The notes beneath the pieces were generated by a model. That model did not search any database. It had not been told where the DNA came from and saw only the letters and a program-made list of their open reading frames with translations. Source: Octopus bimaculoides (Eukaryota). From it: a stretch of 38,789 nt of DNA. Shown in pieces: positions 10,691 to 22,135 of the stretch (within the stretch, counting starts at the first letter, position 1; each line of letters opens with the position of its first letter). The position numbers were made by a program, and so were the translations under genes. Where the stretch lies: assembly GCF_001194135.2 (NCBI RefSeq), contig NC_069000.1:29617287-29656075 (forward strand), written 5' to 3'.

Positions 10691-13531
10691 CAGGGTCGCC
10701 ATTTTAACATATTTTACGCTAGATCTGGCATTTTTTCAGCATTTAGCAGAAAAGTTTTGAATCTAGCATTTAGCAAGGAAAATAGCAGATTTAAAATTTT
10801 AATTAGCATTTTTCTCTGATCATGACATTTCCACAATAGTTACGCTTTTTTTCTCCTTTTTCCTCTTTTTCTACTTTCGTTAATGTACTATCGGCTTTTG
10901 TTGAATTTTTCTTTCACTTTCTTGAAACTTCAAACGAAAGTTTATCAAAAGAAAGTTCATCAAGTTATAAACTTTTCCAGCTTGGTGGGGTGAGGGGATG
11001 GGGTGGGATAGGGTGGTTAGATAACTTATGTTAGCACCTGAACTCGCTACACAATAATGTAAATATGTTGCAAAGAATGATAGCATGGAAATTCGTCCTA
11101 ACAATGTTTTATTGTGTAGTGATGAGTTTTTATCATGACAGGTTGACTGATTTACTTTCAGACTGACTGTTTTAAAATAGACCTGTGGTTTTTCATATTT
11201 GTTTTGGATTATATATCTTGTATAGAAGTATCTCTACTTACTTTTTTTTTTCAAGCATTGTAGTTATATTTGTGGTTTTACCAATAGATATTAAATGTAA
11301 GATTGGAAGCGAAATATGATGTTCCCAGGTTTATATCAGAATACAGTTTTAGAATTTCTGCAGATTTTACTTTTCCATTTATAAGTTGGCCACCCAACAT
11401 CCTGAATCAGTATTCTTCACCTCAAGAATTTGTAAGCAGCAAACATAAGAATTGTTAATGACGAATGAAAGAATTGTTAGCGGCAAACNNNNNNNNNNAT
11501 CATTCAATTTATATTCTTGCTTCCCACTACATTATAATGAGCAAAGAAAAAACAAAGTTGTACCAGCAAAAATTCCGAAAGGAATGGCTTAAGATGCCAG
11601 CGTTTACTAGCGACCAGTCTAAAGCACATTGCAGATATTGTAGATGCAATATGTTGGCAAAATATTCTCTTTTAGTAAGCCACCGTGAAGCAAAGAAACA
11701 TAAGGCATCAACTCCACAGCAAATGATTTCTCTTACCAATTTTATTAAAACCAAAATTGATAAGACATCTATGCTTGAAGCAAATTTAGCAATGTTTATT
11801 TGTTGCCACTCATCATTTAATTGCTGGGATCACTTAATAGAGTTATGTAAGAATTATATGTCTGATAGTGATATTATATCCAAAGTGAAGTTGCATCGTA
11901 CAAAATGTCCAAATATTGTGAGAAATGTTGTAGCTCCATATTTTGACGGAGATTTGATTTCTGATATAGGAGATAGAAAATTTAGCCTGTTATTAGATAA
12001 ATCCAATGATATATTGATAAGCAAGTTGTTAGGAATTGTTATCATATATTATAGTGACACTCACAACAAAGTGGTACATACATATCTCAGTATTGTATCT
12101 TTAGAAACATGTGTTGCAGATGGCATTGTAGATGCCTTAAAAATTGAATTAGTGAAAAAGAAATTAGATATAAAAAATTTACTGGCTATAGGAACTGACA
12201 ATACTAGAGTAATGATAGGAGTCAACAATGGTGTTTTCCAGAAATTAAAAGAAGTTCCATCATTACTTCTATTTAGATGTGTATGTCATTCTTTACAGTT
12301 GGCAGTATCCCACACTTGTGGTGAATACTTGCCCATAAATTTAGAATTTTTAGTATCCGAAACCTATAAATGGTCCTCTCATTCTTCAACANNNNNNNNN
12401 NNNNNNNNNNNNNNNNNNNNNNNNNNNNNNNNNNNNNNNNNNNNNNNNNNNNNNNNNNNNNNNNNNNNNNNNNNNNNNNNNNNNNNNNNNNNNNNNNNNN
12501 NNNNNNNNNNNNNNNNNNNNNNNNNNNNNNNNNNNNNNNNNNNNNNNNNNNNNNNNNNNNNNNNNNNNNNNNNNNNNNNNNNNNNNNNNNNNNNNNNNNN
12601 NNNNNNNNNNNNNNNNNNNNNNNNNNNNNNNNNNNNNNNNNNNNNNNNNNNNNNNNNNNNNNNNNNNNNNNNNNNNNNNNNNNNNNNNNNNNNNNNNNNN
12701 NNNNNNNNNNNNNNNNNNNNNNNNNNNNNNNNNNNNNNNNNNNNNNNNNNNNNNNNNNNNNNNNNNNNNNNNNNNNNNNNNNNNNNNNNNNNNNNNNNNN
12801 NNNNNNNNNNNNNNNNNNNNNNNNNNNNNNNNNNNNNNNNNNNNNNNNNNNNNNNNNNNNNNNNNNNNNNNNNNNNNNNNNNNNNNNNNNNNNNNNNNNN
12901 NNNNNNNNNNNNNNNNNNNNNNNNNNNNNNNNNNNNNNNNNNNNNNNNNNNNNNNNNNNNNNNNNNNNNNNNNNNNNNNNNNNNNNNNAACAATTTTTAC
13001 TCTGCCTTTATAAAGAGCTCAAGCATCGTTTGCCAGAAAATATTAATACACTGAGGAATATCAAATGTTTTTCAGTAGAGAATATTTTGCCGCATTTCAA
13101 AGAGCCAGTTTTACCTGTCTTAGAAGCAATGCATTTAAATGAAGAAAAGATTGCTTCAATTGAAATTCAGTTTAATGACATTCATGTAGTTAAATGGACA
13201 AATATGTCTAATACTGAGGCACTCTGGCTGGAAGTCTTGGAATATAAAGATGCTACTGGAGGAAATCCTTTTAGAGATGTTGCAAATTTTGCCATTAATC
13301 TATCGACATTGCCAAACTCAAATGCAGAAGTTAAGCGGTTGTTCAGTAGTATGGGTGTAATCAAATCAAAATTGAAAGACAAAATGCTTCTTCCTATGCT
13401 TAGATCAATACTGTCTATAAAATATGGCCTGAAAAGATATGGCAAATGTTGCAAAAACTTTGATATTCCAAAACACATAATTAACAAGATTGGGACCTTA
13501 AATGTATGCAGAAGTCAAGACCTAGGCCCTG
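10691..13531 (+). mobile_element. hAT DNA transposon (ZNF862-like transposase), left end intact, right end truncated
   Basis: Starts with cagggtcgcca (a cagggttgcca-type terminus) precisely inside the Dong coding sequence. Subterminal tagcatt repeats at 10710-10810; transposase ORF downstream. No clear right TIR or 8-bp TSD. Confidence 0.8.
11537..13531 (+). CDS. hAT transposase (N-terminal zinc finger, DDE core, C-terminal dimerisation domain), interrupted by an assembly gap; probably inactive
   Basis: MSKEKTKLYQQKFRKEWL...HCRYC...H....KH; FSLLLDKSND; AIGTDNTRVMIG; RCVCHSLQLAVS (CxxH); after the gap LSTLPNSNAEVKRLFSSMGVIKSK. Stop-free on both sides of the gap (12392-12988). The glutamate of the ERxFS motif reads K. 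Confidence 0.85.
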
Positions 13532-13960
13532 CAGCTGAAAGTAATAAATATAAGATGTTGTGGGACTTCAACATTCAGACTGACAGAATAATAGAAGCTA
13601 GAAGGCCTGGTTTGGTGGTAGTAGAGAAAGAGAATAGAAAGTGCCAGATAATTGACTTTACAGTCCCAAGTGATGAAAACATTAACATGAGAAATATAGA
13701 AATAGCAAATATTGAATTACAGAGATTATGGAAAGTGCGGGTAAAATGTATCCCAGTTATAGGTGCATTGGGAACTATCCCTAAAGATCTGAACAGTTGG
13801 ATAAAGAAAATAGGCATAAAACCCAGTACAGCTCCAGAAAACAGTGTTATTAGGAACAGCTAGGATATTTAGGAGAGTTTTTGGTATCTAAGGTTACTTG
13901 TTGAAGCCTGATGTTAGGATTTTTTCTTTTCCAACAGTATAATCTGTTGAGTGTATATGA
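13532..13960 (+). mobile_element. R4/Dong-like fragment 2 (RLE domain plus 3' UTR)
   Basis: KYKMLWDFNIQTDRIIEARRPGLVVV, IIDFTVP, IPVIGALGTIP, then in a shifted frame LQKTVLLGTARIFRRVFGI*. The 3' UTR runs into (AAC)n(AAT)n. Confidence 0.9.
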
Positions 13961-13961
13961 A

Positions 13962-13964
13962 AAT

Positions 13965-14060
<96 letters not shown>
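13962..14060. repeat. (AAC)n(AAT)n microsatellite between Dong-like fragments 2 and 3
   Basis: Direct reading. Confidence 0.97.
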
Positions 14061-16316
14061 GAAATTCTGTAAAAGGAATTCTTATGGGTGCAAAGATCAA
14101 TTGCTCATAAGTAAAATTATTGTAGAGAATTGTCAGAGCAAAAAGAACCTGAGTATGGCATGGATATACTGCAGGAAAGCGTTTGATAGTGTCCCAACTC
14201 AACTCAAGGGCCTTGAGATGTATAAGATAGACAAAATTGGCAACTCAAGGGCCTTGGGATGTCGTCTCCAAATTCTTAAAAGGCAGTACGGCCAAGTGGA
14301 ACACACGCCTACTTCTAAACCATAGTAATTGGATGAGCCAATCTGACAACATCAACATTAAACAAGGCATCTTTCAAGGTGAGTCCCTCTCCCCGTTACT
14401 CTTTTGCATGGTACTGATCCCACTCTCAAACGAACTAAATGACGCCAGGTATGGGCTCAAAGTTTATAATATGACAATAAACCATGTTTTATATAGACGA
14501 TCTGAAGCTGTTTGCTAGAAACGACGAAGTGTTAGTAGGGCTGTTAAATGTTAAAGGGTTCAGCAATGACATCGGGGTGGATCGCAACGTTTGCAAGAGG
14601 CGAGCTCAGGTAAACAACTTCCATTAAGTTAGATACCGACTCTACCATCAAGGAGCTTGATCCATAAGAAAATTACAAAAACATGGGGATAAACGAAGGA
14701 GATGGTATACAACATGCTACTATGAAGGAAAAAATAAGAAATGAGTATTACAGGAGAGTAAGGCTCATAGTAAAAACTGAACTCAACTCGAAATATCGCA
14801 TCGAAGCCATTAACACCCTGGCACTTCCAGTAGTCCAATATAGTTTTAACATAATTAGCTGGAATCTTACAAAGCTCCAACGCCTGGACATGAAGACAAG
14901 AAAACTACTAACATCTAAGAACATGCACCATCCAAAAGCAGATGTTGATTGTCTGTACCTACCTAGAAGTAATGGGGGGAAGAGGAATGATGCAGGTAGA
15001 ACTGTGCTGTAAGACCTCCACAATAGCAATGAACAGGTACTTATCTAGTACAGAGGACTGGACGCTGTAGCTTGTGTGCATACACGAAAGCAGCAAAAAA
15101 TCACATTCTATTGTCAAGGAAGCTTGCAAATTCCCAACGGAACTTGAATTAACAATGAAATAGTGGAAGAATCTGAAATTATTATCACAAAACATGCAAA
15201 ACAGATTAAGCAGAAACAAATTGAAGAGCAGTGGAGCCAGAAGCCTCTGCATGAACAGTATATACTTCGAAGTCGAAATGCTGATGCAGACCAAGCAGCA
15301 ACTCATCAGTGTCTGAGAAGTTCAGAACTGAAAGCAGAGACTGAAGGTTTCATATTGGCGGCACAAGATCAAAGCTTACTTACAAAAAAAAAAAAACAAA
15401 AAAAAAAANNNNNNNNNNNNNNNNNNNNNNNNNNNNNNNNNNNNNNNNNNNNNNNNNNNAGGCTAACGTTCTTCAAAATGGTTCTGACCTTAAATGCAGA
15501 TTCTGCGACACATTTGACGAAGCAATAGACCATCTCGTCAGGGAATGTCCTGTGCTGACACCAAACGAATACAAAAATCACCACGATAGGATAGGACAGT
15601 ATTTACATTGGAAAACATGTAAACATTACAAAATCAGCACTCCTGCTTACTGGTATAAACATGACCCCGAGCCAGTTGTTGAAGGTCAAAATGTCACTAT
15701 CATCTAGGATTTTCCAGTCAACACTGACAAAACGATCCAGGCTAATTAACCAGACGTAATTATTAAGGACAGGGAAGAAAATACTTGTAGCCTAATAGAT
15801 GTCAGTGTTCCCACTGATAAAAATATATCAGTAAAAGAATTTGACAAATTAAGTTAATATAAGGACCTGGAAATTGAAATACAAAAGATTTGGCATCTTA
15901 AAGCGAGATCTGTTCCTGCTATTGTAGGTGCTCTAGGTATGATAAAAAAAGGGATGTGAGAAACATCTAGATATCATTCAAGGAGAACTATGTCTCAGAG
16001 AAATCCAAAAGATTGTGCTGACAAGTACTGCCCACATCCTTAGAAAAACCCTANNNNNNNNNNAAGGAGAACTATGTCTCAGAGAAATCCAAAAGATTGT
16101 GCTGACAAGTACTGCCCACATCCTTAGAAAAACCCTATCAATTTAAACGTCTGTGTTGTATTACATGAAGATATTTCGTTACTGCCCCTGCCACTTCCCC
16201 TCACCCAAGCTTTCAGTCATACTGTAACATCTATTATCCTTCACTCACCCTAGGGCGCTGGGTGTGTCTCGGCAAGTGATTGTAGCAAACATGCAGATTA
16301 AAAGTAAAAAATAAAT
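14061..16316 (+). mobile_element. R4/Dong-like fragment 3, 5'-truncated in RT, complete 3' end
   Basis: GCKDQLLISK, AWIYCRKAFDSVP, GIFQGESLSPLLFC, NHVLYIDDLKLF, HPKADVDCLYLPRSNGG, LKAETEGFILAAQDQSL, WYKHDPEPVVE, WDFPVNTDKTIQAN*PDVII, IDVSVP, VGALG, LTSTAHILRKTLSI*; 3' UTR to the (AAT)n tract. Confidence 0.92.
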
Positions 16317-16317
16317 C

Positions 16318-16329
16318 AATAATAATAAT

Positions 16330-16404
<75 letters not shown>
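16318..16404. repeat. (AAT)n(AAC)n(AAT)n microsatellite
   Basis: Direct reading. Confidence 0.97.
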
Positions 16405-16405
<1 letters not shown>

Positions 16406-16770
16406 TAATTTATTCTTTTATTAGNNNNNNNNNNCTACAAGGCAACACTTCCCTCACCACTCTCAACCTCCTTTCCAAGTGAAACTTGAAAACGTTGATG
16501 AGGGCTTGGCCAAAGAGGAAAGTGTCTGTCTTTAGCCCTTTTAAACGGGTCCACGATGCTACGTCTTTCGCTACAGCAACTAGACAAATAAAAATTGCCT
16601 ACCCCTCCCGGCCAAATGAGGGCGGCGGGGCAATCTTCACAATGGATTCAGCTGATAGTCGGATCCATCCTACACGCGACAGGGCAAATATTCTGCCCAA
16701 TACCACAGATTTGCTTGTCAGTTGCTTGATCCTAGCCAAACGAAGAGCGCGGTGCGATTTACTGGTTGAA
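16405..16770 (-). mobile_element. L1/Tx1-clade LINE 3' fragment (copy 2)
   Basis: Minus strand LSRVGWIRLSAESIVKIAPPPSFGREG*AIFICLVAVAKDVASWTRLKG, closely similar to 27340-27495. Terminal ctaataaaagaataaattat (16405-16424, reverse complement) matches 27801-27820. Confidence 0.88.
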
Positions 16771-16779
16771 CGATATTTT

Positions 16780-19580
16780 GACAGTAAACCTGTCTTTGTG
16801 GAGTTCAAAATGAAAAGTGATAAAAATTCAAAATTATAGAAATTCAAATCTAAAAGATGAACGAGAGCAACCAGCATTCACACGTTGATGGAATTACATC
16901 GTCAGTCTTCAAGTTTCAATTTTAGAACTGGTGAAAGGCGGCGAGCTGGCAGAAACGTTAGCACCCAGGGCGAAATACTTAGCGGTATTTCGTCTGTCTT
17001 TACGTTCTAAGTTCAAATTCCGCCGAGGTCGACTTTGTCTTTCATCCTTTCAGGGTCGATAAATTAAGTACCAGTTGCGTACTGGGGTCGCACTAATCAA
17101 CTGGCCCCTCCCCCTAAAATTTCGGGCTTTGTGCCGAGAGCAGAAAAGAATTTTAGAACTGGCGAAAAGAAAAAGAAAGAAAAAGGAAGAGAAAGAAGAA
17201 AAGGAAAAAGAAGAATATTTAATCAAACAGTTTTGTGTCAATTTGATGAAGTTCTCCAGTCATTTTTTTCAATCCTCCAGGGCGTGATGTTAATAACCCG
17301 CAAACATATTTCTCCTCGTGCATTTTGAGTATTGAAAGTGTATCAGATCAGAATATTTTCTGAGAATATGAACTTTCAAGTCTTTTCAAAATTGCAACTG
17401 TTTGATGCAAACTGTTCGGCAAGTTCTGTCGAACTACTGTTATTATGCCTGACGTCATATATGTGCCCATTAAATCTTTTGTTTGATTGTTCTGTTGTAC
17501 AACCAACGTAAATCAAGTTGTGTTTCTGCTGCATACACCAAATGGGAATCTCTACATGTCCCATCTTCTGTATAAATCATAACATTTTTGTTATGATTCC
17601 TGATAGAATTCACTTGACTCTTGTTGCACAATAAACAGCTGTTTTTCAAGGTAAAGCATGCAGATACTCCAATGTTAGTTTCTTGGAGTCATAAGTAGAG
17701 ATTAATAGTTCTCTTATATTTTTATTCCGTCTAAAGGCTACAATAAGCGGTTGAGGAAATATTTGCTTGAAATGAGGATATTTTTCCGTGACAATCTGGT
17801 AACTTTCAAGCAACACTTTTGAAATGCCAGCGAAATTTCGGTGCCAGTTAATCACTAAAGAAGTTCTGTCACATATTGTACTGTGCTTCCTAAAATTATG
17901 GGTGAAGCTTTGACTTTCTTTGCTAATCTTAACTATTTCATTTGCTATTTCCTTTAATCGTGATTCCCTGTAACCGTGTTTGACCAAATGGTGTACAAAA
18001 GCATGTGCATGTTTCCAGTAATCCCCTATGTCAGTACAAATCCGTTTTATCCTCGAAAATTGGGATTTCGGATTTGACCGAATCATATGATGTGGATGAT
18101 CGGAGCAGCGGTGGAGGTAAATGTGCGATGACATGGGCTTGTGAAATAACTCTGTCACTATTCTGCCTCTAGAAAACTTAACTTCTGTGTCAAAAATTCA
18201 ACACTAGTTTTTGGAAAACTATATTGGACTTAAAGCCATAGCATAACAGTCACAGAAATGCAAGAAGTCAATTAAACTATCCTGTGATCGTTCCCAGACA
18301 AAAAATACGTCGTCAATGAACCGTAACCAGAGTATTGGTTCATGACCATGAAGGGATTTGAATGTCTTCAGTAACTGTGTCTCAAATTTCGTCATGAAAA
18401 CATTAGCGAAATTAACTACCATGGAGGCAAAAATGTTGTCCAAACCTCAATAGTCTACAAAGACAATTTGATGGAATACTTTTGTTTGACCGTTTTTCGA
18501 AGACCTTCATCGTGGTCAATATAGGAACATAAAGAAGAAACATCTANNNNNNNNNNNNNNNNNNNNNNNNNNNNNNNNNNNNNNNNNNNNNNNNNNNNNN
18601 NNNNNNNNNNNNNNNNNNNNNNNNNNNNNNNNNNNNNNNNNNNNNNNNNNNNNNNNNNNNNNNNNNNNNNNNNNNNNNNNNNNNNNNNNNNNNNNNNNNN
18701 NNNNNNNNNNNNNNNNNNNNNNNNNNNNNNNNNNNNNNNNNNNNNNNNNNNNNNNNNNNNNNNNNNNNNNNNNNNNNNNNNNNNNNNNNNNNNNNNNNNN
18801 NNNNNNNNNNNNNNNNNNNNNNNNNNNNNNNNNNNNNNNNNNNNNNNNNNNNNNNNNNNNNNNNNNNNNNNNNNNNNNNNNNNNNNNNNNNNNNNNNNNN
18901 NNNNNNNNNNNNNNNNNNNNNNNNNNNNNNNNNNNNNNNNNNNNNNNNNNNNNNNNNNNNNNNNNNNNNNNNNNNNNNNNNNNNNNNNNNNNNNNNNNNN
19001 NNNNNNNNNNNNNNNNNNNNNNNNNNNNNNNNNNNNNNNNNNNNNNNNNNNNNCCTCGTGACTGGCACGAACTGATTAGATTTTAGGATCGATCCGGTAC
19101 CGGACAAGGATTCTGGATTATTTTTCCTGTTTTTTTACTTAATTTTTGAGAGCAGTCGGGTTCATTTTTAGTATTTTCGTTTGTGAGAGCAGTCGAGTTT
19201 ATTTAAGATATTCTCATTTTAAAAATTGTCTCTGGCTAATCGATGAGAGGACGTTGGTACTGCCTTAGCGGAGGTTTGCGCTCTCTGAGTGCTCTGGTTA
19301 AGGAAAATGTTTTCCTCCACTTCCAGAATTATTTTGTCAAGTTCCTCTCTGTAATTGGGGTTTGGATCGACAGGTAAGTCTTCATATGAAGTTTTGTCAC
19401 TTAAAACTTCTTCACAAGCCGAAATATACTCACTTCTGTCCATAGCGCCTCCCTTATCCGTCATTTCAATAACAATGCGTCAGAGTGCGTGACGTTGGGA
19501 ATTTGTGAGGTTATTCCAGGACTTCTTTCCACTTATTTTAAGGCTTTCACGAATGCCTGTCTGACAAGATTCAAGAAATT
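16780..19580 (-). mobile_element. Penelope-like element (RT plus C-terminal GIY-YIG), decayed
   Basis: Minus strand DKGGAMDRSEYI...LSDKTSYEDL..DP; DVSSL...DHDEG; NFANVFM; WLRFIDDVFFVW; FHKPMSSHIYLH..SDHP.H...NPKSQFSRIKRIC; SCLLC; HLVYAA...YVGCTT...KRFNGH; LLTSRPGGL. Confidence 0.9.
16937..17148 (+). mobile_element. tRNA-derived SINE, full length, with 19-bp TSD
   Basis: A-box-like agctggcag, B-box-like gttcaaattc. Flanked by aattttagaactggtgaaa (16918-16936) and aattttagaactggcgaaa (17149-17167), 18/19 identical. Confidence 0.93.
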
Positions 19581-19649
19581 CTAGTAGTGCTTGTGAACGT
19601 CCATCCCGAACTTTTTCTGGATACCAATAGGGATTCTTTTCAATCCAAT

Positions 19650-19787
19650 TATGCATGTGCCTGGTGTACCCTTATCAGACGGGTAGTCATGATGGGTATA
19701 TTAGGCTTCGTATATTTGTACCCCATTGTCACTTTGATGGCATGCACTGTTCTCTCAGTCAATAATAATAATAATAATAATAATAAT
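19650..19787 (+). mobile_element. 3' end of a retroposon with an (AAT)n tail
   Basis: gtgtacccttatcagacgggtagtcatgatggg...gcactgttctctcagtc followed by (AAT)9. Recognised from memory as a high-copy octopus repeat tail; not verified. Confidence 0.45.
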
Positions 19788-20060
19788 GTTATTTGGAGCA
19801 CTAACAACCAAGTTCGAGAAATATGTCGGAGAAATTAGAATTGGCATGAGGGTAGAGCATGCCCCTAAAAGCTCTATTGGGAACAGCTAGGATCTTGAGA
19901 TTAGTAATTGAGCGTTAAGTATCTTCCACGATATAAATACCAAGTCTTATAATTTGCCGAAAGAGACTCTGTGAGACCTCTGACAACAGGTTGCTGTCCA
20001 CTCTCACAGAATCAACCAGAGCAAGTAAGACCGAGTTTTGAGATGTAAAATAATAACGAT
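19788..20060 (+). mobile_element. R4/Dong-like fragment 4 (extreme C-terminus plus 3' UTR)
   Basis: GALTTKFEKYVGEI...RVEH, LLGTARILRLV, then a 3' UTR ending at (AAC)n 20065-20100. Confidence 0.8.
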
Positions 20061-20067
20061 GTAAAAT

Positions 20068-20102
<35 letters not shown>

Positions 20103-20109
20103 GAATAAT

Positions 20110-21075
20110 GTTGTTATGAAGAGATATCGAATGATTAAATCTGATTGGATAAAAATCTCACTAGTTGAGATCATAACAGAGAAAAAATAGTGGAATTATC
20201 ACTAGAAACGGTAAAGTAATAGGAAGGGAAATGAGACTGAAAGTTATCAAAGAGTACAAGAGAAAGGTTAGGAAGGTGCTTGAAACAAAACTAGATAAAT
20301 GTAATATTATGGAGGCAATTAGTAGGAGGGTTGTACCAGTGTTGAATTACTCTGCTTGTTCTTACAAAGCGGACAAGGACAGAACCACCGGAATTGGATA
20401 GAACTGGAAAGCTGTTCGGAATGCTGTATAACACACGACACCCTAAAAGTAATAACGACAGACACCAATCATCAAGAAGTAAAGGTTTCTTAAATGCAGA
20501 AGATACATTGGTTCTGAGATAGGGGGGGGGGGGTAAATCTATATCGAGAATTGTGGCTAGAAATATCGAAGGAGTCGTTGAAACAGTGACAGATTTCAAC
20601 AATAGAAAGAACGACAGGACAAATAGCCTGAAAGAGAAAGAACTACATGGCCAATTTATGCAAGAAAGCGAAGATGCTTGAAACTGAAGAGCGCTGGCTG
20701 TAGCTGAAAGATGAATTGATCTTGTGAATCGAAACGGCAGGTGGCGAATGATTCTAAATACCGATACAGCCTCTGAAAGTAGGCGCGAAACCGACTGCGC
20801 TAGATAGCGATAATTGTACTATTGAAATATTAATAGTGATCTGATCACCGAGCAGCGATGTACATTGAAGCAATCCAGTCTGAACATGATAGCGGAAGTC
20901 ACAACATATGCAATAGAGAAACTGACCAGGTATTTTAAGGGGAATATCAATAACTCCTATAACGTAGATGCCAAATGGTGCCTATGTAGCATATATTTTG
21001 TGAATGAGGCGCCATTTTCTTCTGAAACAATATAACTACTGCAAAACTGAAGGAATATCTACATTGGAATACTGG
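20110..21075 (+). mobile_element. R4/Dong-like fragment 5 (RT thumb to zinc finger), highly decayed
   Basis: MRLKVIKEYKRKVRKVLETKL...VVPVLNYSA; HPKSNNDR; LKEKELHGQF; EERWL; YIHW-like end at about 21070. Confidence 0.75.
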
Positions 21076-21574
21076 TCACATGAGTAGATCAGTGCGGTTA
21101 CTGTGGCACACAGGCATGTTTCCTTGTTTATATCCTAAACAAGACCATTGTCTAAGTTGTAATGATGCAGTCCCCAATACGCTGCAGTTACTAACTCACA
21201 GATACATTATTTTCTTTCTTTGTCTCTTTTATCACAACTACAACCGCTTTTATTCTTCTTTCATTGAGATGCATCCAACCAATTCGTCGCTCACCCTATG
21301 TCTTCTTACAAAACAATTCGTTCAGCTCTTTTTCCCAGGATTGCCACCCAGCAAGTTTACATTCACGACTACGCTATTCCTGCGAACATTGACCTCTAAA
21401 TGTTAAAGCTAACAGACTGCATCGATCTCAACAGCCTGGAAGCACCTGAAAAGATCATGACCACTGCGCTAATTTATACCATAGAATCGCTAAGTTACGG
21501 GGACGTAAACACACTAGTATCGGTTGTCAAGCGATGTTGGGGAGAGACAAACATAGACACACACACACACATAT

Positions 21575-21719
21575 ATTCAGTTTCTGTCTACCAAATCCAC
21601 TCACAAGACTTTGGTCGGCTATAGTAGAAGACACTTGCCCAAGGTGCCACGCAGTGGAACTGAACCCAGAACCATGTGGTTGGTAAGCAAGCTACTTACC
21701 ACACAGCCACTCCTGCGCC
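21575..21719 (-). mobile_element. tRNA-derived SINE, second family (ggcgcaggagtggctgtgtgg head)
   Basis: Reverse complement has A-box-like tggctgtgtgg, B-box-like ggttcagttcc, then ccttgggcaagtgtcttctactatagc. Confidence 0.88.
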
Positions 21720-21994
21720 TATACATACATACATACATATATATATATATANNNNNNNNNNNNNNNNNNNNNNNNNNNNNNNNNNNNNNNNNNNNNNNNN
21801 NNNNNNNNNNNNNNNNNNNNNNNNNNNNNNNNNNNNNNNNNNNNNNNNNNNNNNNNNNNNNNNNNNNNNNNNNNNNNNNNNNNNNNNNNNNNNNNNNNNN
21901 NNNNNNNNNNNNNNNNNNNNNNNNNNNNNNNNNNNNNNNNNNNNNNNNNNNNNNNNNNNNNNNNNNNNNNNNNNNNNNNNNNNNNNNNNATATA

Positions 21995-22135
21995 CACGAC
22001 GAGCTTCTTTCAGTTTCCGTCAACCAAATTCACTCACAAGGCTCTGTGATTCGAAGCTATAGTAGAAGACACTTGCCCGAGGTACCACACAGTGGGATTA
22101 AACTTGAAACCATCTGGTTGGGAAGCGACAGTCAC
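21995..22135 (-). mobile_element. SINE, second family, diverged copy
   Basis: Shares cactcacaag...gctatagtagaagacacttgccc...cagtgg with 21575-21719. Confidence 0.82.

Noticed and set aside
14200-14262. 22-bp direct repeat within Dong-3 RT
   Set aside because: Small local duplication or replacement in a dead element; trivial.
15980-16137. 74-bp perfect tandem duplication around a 10-N gap
   Set aside because: Identical sequence on both sides of a minimal gap indicates an unmerged contig overlap (assembly artefact).
16875-16915. CTGACGA hammerhead-like core on the minus strand in the PLE 3' region
   Set aside because: GAAA is missing (reads catc-aac), the cleavage triplet is wrong and stem I does not pair. 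At best an unrecognisable relic.
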